Shown: in pieces, positions 53,801 to 64,000 of the stretch
Numbering within the stretch: the first letter of the stretch is position 1
Layout: the number at the start of each line of letters is the position of its first letter
Source: Nymphaea colorata
Taxonomy: Eukaryota
Reading direction: 5' to 3'
Length of the DNA: 64,000 nt
Assembly (NCBI RefSeq): GCF_008831285.2
Contig: NC_045138.2
Span: 38,254,001-38,318,000, forward strand
Translations under genes and position numbers: made by a program
Notes under the pieces: generated by a model
Seen by the model: only the letters and a program-made list of their open reading frames with translations
Told to the model about the DNA's origin: nothing
Database searches by the model: none

Positions 53801-55086
53801 TCACATGTATTTTAAATAAATGGCAGACTGAAGACATAGCCGATGCATGGCCAACTAGATGCATCGACATAATGGCATGTTTTATGATGTTATATGTGAG
53901 GCAAAAGTATTGTTTATGAAAATACCATGGTAGGAAAGATACGATGAACCCCGTACAACAAGAGGGGAAACAGTTCCGTAAGACATACGAATTGCATATG
54001 GATATTGTTGAGGCAACGTCTCCACAATCACGTTAAAAATGTCAATTCCACGCCTTTGAAATAAGTGGTGAATTGAAGAAATAGCCGATGCATGGCCAAC
54101 TAGATGCATCGGGATAATGATCCGTTTTAAGAGGTTATGTGTGAGACAAAAGCATGGACTCTGAAAAAATTGGGGAAGGAAAGATGTGATGAACCCTATA
54201 CATCGAAACGGAAAGCAGTACCATGAGACATGGGAACTGCATATGCATCTTGATGAGGCTACGTCCCTACTATCAAGTTCAAAATGTCAATCACATGTAT
54301 TTTAAATAAATGGCAGACTGAAGACATAGCCGATGCATGGCCAACTAGATGCATCGACATAATGGCATGTTTTAGGATGTTATATGTGAGACAAAAGTAT
54401 TGTCTATGAAAATACCATGGTAGGAAAGATACGATGAACCCCGTACAACAAGAGGGGAAACAGTTCCGTAAGACATACGAACTGCATATGGATATTGTTG
54501 AGGCAACGTCCATGCCATCAAGTTCAAAATCTCAATCACATGCATTTGAAATAAATGGCGAACTGAAGACATAGCTGATGCATGGCCAACTAGATGCATC
54601 GATATAATAGCAATGTTTTAGGATGTGTATGAAAGATACGATGAACCCCGTACAACAAGAGGGGAAGCAGTTCTGTAAGACATGCGAACTGCATATGGAT
54701 ATTGTTGAGGCAACGTCACCACAATCAAGTAAAAAATGTCAATTACATGCCTTTGAAATAAATGGTGAATTGAAGATATAGCCGATGCATGGCCAACTAG
54801 ATTCATCGGCATAATGATCCGTTTTAGGAGGTTATGTATGAGACAAAATCATTGACTCTGAAAAAACTGGGGTAGGAAAGATGTGATGAACCCTATACAT
54901 CGAAAGGGGAAGCAGTACCTTGAGACATGGGAACTGCATATGGATCTTGATGAGGCTACGTCCCTAGTATCAAGTTCAAAATGTCAATCAAATGCACTGC
55001 AAATAAATGGCTGACTGAAGACATGGTCGATGCATGGCAAATAGATGCATCAAGATAATGGTTAGTTTTAGAGGGTCATGTGTGAG

Positions 55087-57001
55087 CAGGGTTGGGCGTC
55101 GGGCCTGGGCCGGGGAAATCCTGCTCCGGGCCGCGCCCGGGCCTGATAACCCAGCCCGATAACTAAACCGTGATTTGCTCGGGCCTAATAGGGCGACCAG
55201 GCAGCGATCCGGCCCGGCCCGACTCCCGCCCTCGGGCGGTCGGGCTGGCCTCCGCCCTCACTCCCCTGGCGCCTCCCTCTCCCTCTTCCTTCCGTCTCCT
55301 TCTCTGTCTCCCTCTCTGCTCCCTCTCCCTCGACCCTCTCTGCTCGCTCTCCCTTTCGTCTCCGTCTCCCTCTCCCTCTGCTCCTTCTCCCTCTCTGCTC
55401 TCTCTCCCTTTTCCCTCTCCCTCCCTCTCCCTCTCCCTCTCTGCAACCTCTCCCTCTTCTCCTTCTCCCTCTCCCTCCCTCTCCCTCTCTGCAACCTCTC
55501 CCTTCCGTCTCCCTCTCTGCAACCTCTCCCTTCCGTCTCCCTCTCCCTCTCCCTTTTCCCTCTCCCTCCCTCTCCCTCTTTGCTCTCCCTCTCTCTCTCT
55601 GCTCCTTCTCCCTCTCTCCTTCTCCCTTCCGTCTCCCTCTCTGCTCCTTCTCCTTCTCTCCTCCCTTCTCCCTCCTCTCCCTCCTCTCTGCTCCCTCTCC
55701 CTTCCGTCTCCCTCTCCCTCTCCCTCTGCTCCTTCTCCCTCCTCTGCTCGCTCTCCCTTCCGTCTCCCTCTCCCTTTCTCTCTGCTTCTTCTCCCTCTCC
55801 CTCTGCTCCTTCTCCCTCTCCCTCTCCCTCTCTGCTCGCTCTCCCTTCCGTCTCCCTCTGCTCCTACTCCCTCTCTGCAACCTCTCCCCTCCGTCTCCCT
55901 CTCCCTTTTCCCTCTCCCTCTCTGCTCTCCCTCTCCCTCTCCCTCTGCTCCTTCTCCCTCTCTCCGTGTCCCTTCCGTCTCCCTCTCCCTCTCCCTTCCA
56001 TCTCCCTCTGCTCCTTCTCCCTCTCTCCCTCTCCCTTTTCCCTCTCCCTCCCTCTCTGCTCCCTCTCCCTTCCATCTCCCTCTGCTCCTTCTCCCTCTCT
56101 CCCTCTCCCTTTTCCCTCTCCCTCCCTCTCCCTCTCCCTTCCGTCTCCCTCTCTCCCTCTCCCTCTCCCTCCTTTCCCTCTCCCTCTCCCTCTGCCCTTC
56201 TCCCTCTCTGCTCTCTCTCTGTTTTCCCTCTCCTTCCCTCTCCCTCTCCGAATCTGCAACCTCTCCCTCCCTCTCCCTGTCTACAACCTCTCCCTCCCTC
56301 TCCTTCTTTGCAACCTCTCCCTTCCGTCTCCCTCTCCCTCTCCGCAACCTCTCCCTCTGCTCCCTCTCCCCCTCCCTCCCTCTCCCTGTCCCTCTCTGCA
56401 ACCTCTCCCTCCCTCTCCCTCTCTACAACCTCTCCCTTCCGTCTCCCTCTCCCTCTCCGCTCCCTCTCCCTTCCGACTCCCTCTCCCTCTGCTCCTTCTC
56501 CCTCTCCCTCTTCCTCTCCCTCTGCTCCTTCTCCCTCTCACCCTCTCCCACTCCCTTCCGTCTCCCTCCCTCTCCCTCTCCCTTCCATCTCCCTCTGCTC
56601 CTACTCCCTCTCTCCCTCTCCCTCTCCCTTTTGCCTCTCCTCCCTCTCCCTCTCCGTCTCTGCTCCCTCTCCCTTCCGTCTCCCTCTCCCTCTGCTCCTT
56701 CTCCCTCTCCCTCCCTCTCCCTCTACTCCTCCCTTTTCCCTCTCCCTCCGCCTGGCCCGCTCGCTCCCCTCCCTCTTTGCTCCCATTCATCCAGTCTCCC
56801 TCTCCCTCCGCCTGGCCCCTCTCCCTCCGCCTGGCTCCCTTCCGTCTCCCTCTCCCTCCGCCTGGCCCCACTCGCTCCCATCCCTCTCCCTCTCCCTCCT
56901 CCTATCTGCTCGGCTACCCCTTTCTGTCTCTTCTCCCTCGCTGCGGGCCTAACTTTTTGTGGCCATACCCGGTACCCGGCCCGGCCCGATGCCCACCCCT
57001 A
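55087..57001. mobile_element. Non-autonomous hAT-like DNA transposon inserted in the satellite, polypyrimidine interior
   Basis: Left end CAGGGTTGGGCGTCGGGCC vs reverse complement of right end TAGGGGTGGGCATCGGGCC (16/19). The CAGGG/TAGGG termini are Ac/Ds-like, and there are GGCCCGG subterminal motifs. The satellite monomer resumes in register on both sides (GTCATGTGTGAG | ...ACAAAAG). TSD not clean (TGTGAG vs AGAGAG). Confidence 0.75.
55270..56940 (+). repeat. ~1.7-kb C/T-rich low-complexity tract (CTCTCC-based with CTTCCGT, CTGCT, GCAAC variants)
   Basis: Almost entirely pyrimidine on the + strand, built from shuffled short modules. Confidence 0.95.
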
Positions 57002-60000
57002 AGAGAGACAAAAGGATTGACTATGAAAAACCTCGAGTATGAAAGATAAGACGAACCCCATACAACAACAGGGGAAGCAGTCCCGTAAGGCATGCAAACT
57101 GCATATGGATATTGATGAGGCAACGTCCCTACCATCAAGTTCAGAATGTCAATCACATGCATTTGAAATAAATGGCGAACTGAAGACATAGCCGATGCAT
57201 GGCCAACTAGATGCATCGACATGATGCTATGTTTTAGGATGTTATATGTGCGACAAAAGTATTGTCTTTGAATATACTATGGTAGAAAAGATACGATGAA
57301 CCCCGTACAACAAGAGGGGAAGCAGTTCCGTAAGACATGCGAACTGCATATGGATATTGTTGAGGCAACGTCTTCACAATCAAGTTAAAAATGTCAATTA
57401 CATGCATTTAAAATCAATGGTGAATTGAACATATAGCCGACGCATGGCCAACTAGATGCATCGACATAATGATCCGTTTTAGGATGTTATGTGTGAGACA
57501 AAAGCATTCACTCTGAAATAACTGGGGCCAGAAAGATGCGATGAACCCTATACATCAAAAGGGGAAGCAGTCCCATGAGACATGGGAATTGCATATGGAT
57601 CTTGATGAGGCTACGTCCCTACTATCAAGTTCGAAATGTCAATCAAATGCTCTGCAAATAAATGGCTGACTGATGACATGGTCGATGCATGGCAAATTAG
57701 ATGCATCAGCATAAAGGTCAGTTTTAGAAGGTCATGTGTGAGACAAAAGTATTGACTATGAAAAACATAGAGTTTGAAAGATTCGATGAACCCCGTACAA
57801 CAAAAGGGGAAGCAGTCTCGTAAGACATGCGAACTTCATATGGATATTGATGAGGCAACGTCCCTACCATCAAGTTCAAAATGTCAATCACATGTATTTA
57901 AAATAAATGGCGGACTGAAGACATAGCCGATGCATGGCCAACTAGATGCGTCAACATAATGGCATGTTTTAAAATGTTATATGTCAGACAAAAGTATTGT
58001 CTACGAAAATACTATGGTAGGAAAGATACGGTGAACCCCGTACAACAAGAGCGGTAGCAGTTCCGTAAGACATGTGAACTGCATATGGATATTGATGAGG
58101 CAACGTCCATACCATCAAGTTCAAAATCTCAATCACATGCATTTGAAATAAATGGCGAACTGAAGACATAGCCGATGCATGGCTAACTAGATGCATTAAC
58201 ATAATAGCAATGTTTTAGGATGTTATATGTGAGACAAAAGTATTGTCTATGAAAAATACTATGGTAGGAAAGATACGATGAACCCCGTACAACAAGAAGG
58301 GAAGCAGTTCTGTAAGACATGCGAACTGCATATGGATATTGTTGAGGCAACGTCTCCACAATCAAGTGAAAAATATCAATTACACGCCTTTGAAATAAAT
58401 GGTGAATTGAAGATATAGCCGATGCATGGCCAACTAGATTCATCGGCATAATGATCCGTTTTAGGTGGTTATGTGTGAGACAAAAGCATTGACTCTGAAA
58501 AAACTGGGGTAGGAAAGATGTGATGAACCCTATACATCGAAAGGGGAAGCAGTACCTTGAGACATGAGAACTGCATATGGATCTTGATGAGGCAACGTCC
58601 CTACCATCAAGTTCAAAATGTCAATCACATGTATTTTAAATAAATGGCAGACTGAAGACATAGCCGATGCATGGCCAACTAGATGCATCGACATAATGGC
58701 ATGTTTTAGGATGTTATATGTGAGACAAAAGTATTGTCTATAAAAATACCATGGTAGGAAAGATTCAATGAACCCCGTACAACAAGAGGGAAAACAGTTC
58801 CGTAAGACATACGAACTGCATATGGATATTGTTGAGGCAACGTCTCCACAATCACGTTAAAAATGTCAATTGCACGCCTTTGAAATAAATGGTGAATTGA
58901 AGATATAGCCGATGCATGGCCAACTAGATGCATCGGCATAATGATCCGTTTTAGGTGGTTATGTGTGAGACAAAAGCATTGACTCTGAAAAAACTGTGGT
59001 AGGAAAGATGTGATGAACCCTATACACCGAAAGGGAAAGCAGTACCATGAGACATGGAAACTGCATATGGATCTTGATGAGGCTACGTCCCTACTATCAA
59101 GTTCAAAATGTCAATCACATGTGTTTTAAATAAATGGCTGACTGAAGACATAGCCGATGCATGGCCAACTAGATGCATCGACATAATGGCATGTTTTAGG
59201 ATGTTATATGTGAGACAAAAGTATTGTCTATGAAAATACCATGGTAGGAAAGATACGATGAACCCCGTACAACAAGAGGGGTAGCAGTTCCGTAAGACAT
59301 GTGAACTGCATATGGATATTGATGAGGGAACGTCCATACCATCAAGTTCAAAATCTCAATCACATGCATTTGAAATAAATGGCGAACTGAAGACATAGCC
59401 GATGCATGGCCAACTAGATGCATCGACATAATAGCAATGTTTTAGGATGTGTATGAAAGATACGATGAACCCCGTACAACAAGAGGGGAAGCAGTTCTGT
59501 AAGACATGCGAACTGCATATGGATATTGTTGAGGCAACGTCACCACAATCAAGTAAAAAATGTCAATTACATGCCTTTGAAATAAATGGTGAATTGAAGA
59601 TATAGCCGATGCATGGCCAACTAGATTCATCGGCATAATGATCCGTTTTAGGAGGTTATGTATGAGACAAAATCATTGACTCTGAAAAAACTGGGGTAGG
59701 AAAGATGTGATGAACCCTATACATCGAAAGGGGAAGCAGTACCTTGAGACATGGGAACTGCATATGGATCTTGATGAGGCAACGTCCCTACCATCAAGTT
59801 CAAAATGTCAATCACATGTATTTTAAATAAATGGCAGATTGAAGACATAGCCGATGCATGGCCAACTAGATGCATCGACATAATGGCATGTTTTAGGATG
59901 TTATATGTGAGACAAAAGTATTGTCTATAAAAATACCATGGTAGGAAAGATTCAATGAACCCCGTACAACAAGAGGGGAAACAGTTCCGTAAGACATACG

Positions 60001-63000
60001 AATTGCATATGGATATTGTTGAGGCAACGTCTCTACAATCACGTTAAAAATGTCAATTACACGCCTTTGAAATAAATGGTGAATTGAAGATATAGCCGAT
60101 GCATGGCCAACTAGATGCATCGGCATAATGATCCGTTTTAGGAGGTTATGTGTGAGACAAAAGCATTGACTCTGAAAAAACTGGGGTAGGAAAGATGTGA
60201 TGAACCCTATACATCGAAAGGCAGTACCTTGAGACATGGGAACTGCATATGGATCTTGATGAGGCTACGTCCCTACTATCAAGTTCAAAATGTCAATCAC
60301 ATGTGTTTTAAATAAATGGCAGACTAAAGACATAGCCGATGCATGGCCAACTAGATGCATCGACATAATGGCATGTTTTAGGATGTTATATGTGAGACAA
60401 AAGTATTGTCTATGAAAATACCATGGTAGGAAAGATACGATGAACCCCGTACAACAAGAGGGGTAGCAGTTCCGTAAGACATGTGAACTGCATATGGATA
60501 ATGATGAGGCAACGTCCATACCATCAAGTTCAAAATCTCAATCACATGCATTTGAAATAAATGGTGAACTGAAGACATAGCCGATGCATGGCCAACTAGA
60601 TGCATCGACATAATAGCAATGTTTTTGGATGTTATATGTGAGACAAAAGTATTGTCTATGAAAAATACTATGGTAGGAAAGATACGATGAACCCCGTACA
60701 ACAAGAGGGGAAGCAGTTCTGTAAGACATGCGAACTGCATATGGATATTGTTGAGGCAACGACTCCACAATCAAGTTAAAAATGTCAATTACACGCCTTT
60801 GAAATAAATGGTGAATTGAAGATATAGCCGATGCATGGCCAACTAGATTCATCGGCATAATGATCCGTTCTAGGAGGTTATGTGTCAGACAAAAGCATTG
60901 ACTCTGAAAAAACTGGGGTAGGAAAGATGTGATGAACCCTATACATCGAAAGGGGAAGTAGTACCTTGAGACATGGGAACTGCATATGGATCTTGATGGG
61001 GCAACGTCCCTACCATCAAGATCAAAATGTCAATCACATGTATTTTAAATAAATGGCAGACTGAAGACATAGCCGATGCATGGCCAACTAGATGCATCGA
61101 CATAATGGCATGTTTTAGGATGTTATATGTGAGACAAAAGTATTGTCTATGAAAATACCATGGTAGGAAAGATACGATGAACCCCGTACAACAAGAGGGG
61201 AAACAGTTCCGTAAGACATACGAACTGCATATGGATATTGTTGAGGCAACGTCTCCACAATCACGTTAAAAATGTCAATTACACGCCTTTGAAATAAATG
61301 GTGAATTGAAGATATAGCCGATGCATGGCCAACTAGATTCATCGGCATAATGATCCGTTTTAGGAGGTTATGTGTGAGACAAAATCATTGACTCTGAAAA
61401 AACTGGGGTAGGAAAGATGTGATGAACCCTATACATCGAAAGGGAAAGCAGTACCATGAGACATGGGAACTGCATATGGATCTTGATGAGGCTACGTCCC
61501 TACTATCAAGTTCAAAATGTCAATCACATGTGTTTTAAATAAATGGCAGACTAAAGACATAGCCGATGCATGGCCAACTAGATGCATCGACATAATGGCA
61601 TGTTTTAGGATGTTATATGTGAGACAAAAGTATTGTCTATGAAAATACCATGGTAGGAAAGATACGATGAACCCCGTACAACAAGAGGGGTAGCAGTTCC
61701 GTAAGACATGTGAACTGCATATGGATATTGATGAGGCAACTTCCATATCATCAAGTTCAAAATCTCAATCACATGCATTTGAAATAAATGGCGAACTGAA
61801 GACATAGCCGATGCATGGCCAAACTAGATGCATCGACATAATAGCAATGTTTTATTATGTGTATGAAAGATACGATGAACCCCGTACAACAAGAGGGGAA
61901 GCAGTTCTGTAAGACATGCGAACTGCATATGGATATTGTTGAGGCAACGTCACCACAATCAAGTAAAAAATGTCAATTACACGCCTTTGAAATAAATGGT
62001 GAATTGAAGATATAGCCGATGCATGGCCAACTAGATTCATCGGCATAATGATCCGTTTTAGGAGGTTATGTGTGAGACAAAATCATTGACTCTGAAAAAA
62101 CTGGGGTAGGAAAGATGTGATGAACCCTATACATCGAAAGGGGAAGCAGTACCTTGAGACATGGGAACTGCATATGGATCTTGATGAGGCAACGTCCCTA
62201 CCATCAAGTTCAAAATGTCAATCACATGTATTTTAAATAAATGGCAGATTGAAGACATAGCCGATGCATGGCCAACTAGATGCATCGACATAATGGCATG
62301 TTTTAGGATGTTATATGTGAGACAAAAGTATTGTCTATAAAAATACCATGGTAGGAAAGATTCAATGAACCCCGTACAACAAGAGGGGAAACAGTTCCGT
62401 AAGACATACGAATTGCATATGGATATTGTTGAGGCAACGTCTCTACAATCACGTTAAAAATGTCAATTACACGCCTTTGAAATAAATGGTGAATTGAAGA
62501 TATAGCCGATGCATGGCCAACTAGATGCATCGGCATAATGATCCGTTTTAGGAGGTTATGTGTGAGACAAAAGCATTGACTCTGAAAAAACTGGGGTAGG
62601 AAAGATGTGATGAACCCTATACATCGAAAGGCAGTACCTTGAGACATGGGAACTGCATATGGATCTTGATGAGGCTACGTCCCTACTATCAAGTTCAAAA
62701 TGTCAATCACATGTGTTTTAAATAAATGGCAGACTAAAGACATAGCCGATGCATGGCCAACTAGATGCATCGACATAATGGCATGTTTTAGGATGTTATA
62801 TGTGAGACAAAAGTATTGTCTATGAAAATACCATGGTAGGAAAGATACGATGAACCCCGTACAACAAGAGGGGTAGCAGTTCCGTAAGACATGTGAACTG
62901 CATATGGATAATGATGAGGCAACGTCCATACCATCAAGTTCAAAATCTCAATCACATGCATTTGAAATAAATGGTGAACTGAAGACATAGCCGATGCATG

Positions 63001-64000
63001 GCCAACTAGATGCATCGACATAATAGCAATGTTTTTGGATGTTATATGTGAGACAAAAGTATTGTCTATGAAAAATACTATGGTAGGAAAGATACGATGA
63101 ACCCCGTACAACAAGAGGGGAAGCAGTTCTGTAAGACATGCGAACTGCATATGGATATTGTTGAGGCAACGACTCCACAATCAAGTTAAAAATGTCAATT
63201 ACACGCCTTTGAAATAAATGGTGAATTGAAGATATAGCCGATGCATGGCCAACTAGATTCATCGGCATAATGATCCGTTCTAGGAGGTTATGTGTCAGAC
63301 AAAAGCATTGACTCTGAAAAAACTGGGGTAGGAAAGATGTGATGAACCCTATACATCGAAAGGGGAAGCAGTACCTTGAGACATGGGAACTGCATATGGA
63401 TCTTGATGGGGCAACGTCCCTACCATCAAGTTCAAAATGTCAATCACATGTATTTTAAATAAATGGCAGACTGAAGACATAGCCGATGCATGGCCAACTA
63501 GATGCATCGACATAATGGCATGTTTTAGGATGTTATATGTGAGACAAAAGTATTGTCTATGAAAATACCATGGTAGGAAAGATACGATGAACCCCGTACA
63601 ACAAGAGGGGAAACAGTTCCGTAAGACATACGAACTGCATATGGATATTGTTGAGGCAACGTCTCCACAATCACGTTAAAAATGTCAATTACACGCCTTT
63701 GAAATAAATGGTGAATTGAGGATATAGCCGATGCATGGCCAACTAGATTCATCGGCATAATGATCCGTTTTAGGAGGTTATGTGTGAGACAAAATCATTG
63801 ACTCTGAAAAAACTGGGGTAGGAAAGATGTGATGAACCCTATACATCGAAAGGGAAAGTAGTACCATGAGACATGGGAACTGCATATGGATCTTGATGAG
63901 GCTACGTCCCTACTATCAAGTTCAAAATGTCAATCACATGTGTTTTAAATAAATGGCAGACTAAAGACATAGCCGATGCATGGCCAACTAGATGCATCGA

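Larger units (their letters stand above)
43089..64000. repeat. Satellite DNA array, ~245-bp monomer with higher-order repeats; runs off the window end
   Basis: The landmark TGTGAGACAAAAG recurs every ~245 bp from ~43090 to the end, head-to-tail in one orientation. Monomer variants are distinguishable (GCATTGACTCTG / GTATTGACTATG / GTATTGTCTATG). Identical spurious ORFs recur at 1187-bp and 2410-bp spacing. Confidence 0.97.

Noticed and set aside
55163..57049. Long ORFs (up to 624 aa; Ser/Pro/Leu-rich or Arg/Glu/Gly-rich) on both strands
   Set aside because: They are by-products of the C/T low-complexity tract, which lacks stop codons in most frames; no domain signal.
43619..63758. Dozens of similar 60-130 aa ORFs (MHLVGHASA...) on the - strand
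   Set aside because: They are translations of the satellite monomer. The 245-bp period shifts frame every copy and there is no recognisable protein motif.

Overview
This is nuclear DNA from a flowering plant. The left ~35 kb is gene-containing. It holds four intact genes that I could build exon by exon: a YTH-domain (ECT/YTHDF-type) m6A reader on the - strand, whose first coding intron is a minor-spliceosome (U12) GT-AG intron; a PAM2 + 2xRRM poly(A)-binding-protein interactor (CID8/CID9-like) on +; a GH17 beta-1,3-glucanase with a likely GPI tail on -; and a small VQ-motif protein on -. A complete 458-bp TRIM mini-retrotransposon lies between the first two genes. From ~35 to 43 kb is a transition zone with intron-containing fragments of three unrelated genes (RNA Pol III RPC25, kinesin-7, organellar valyl-tRNA synthetase), all on the + strand, which suggests transposon-mediated gene capture. 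From ~43.1 kb to the window end is a ~245-bp satellite array. Its organisation changes from a diverged ~735-bp trimer to a ~1.19/1.23-kb pentamer to a near-identical 2410-bp decamer. The array is interrupted by a 1.9-kb hAT-like non-autonomous element whose interior is almost pure C/T. Family assignments come from recalled motifs; no database searches were run.
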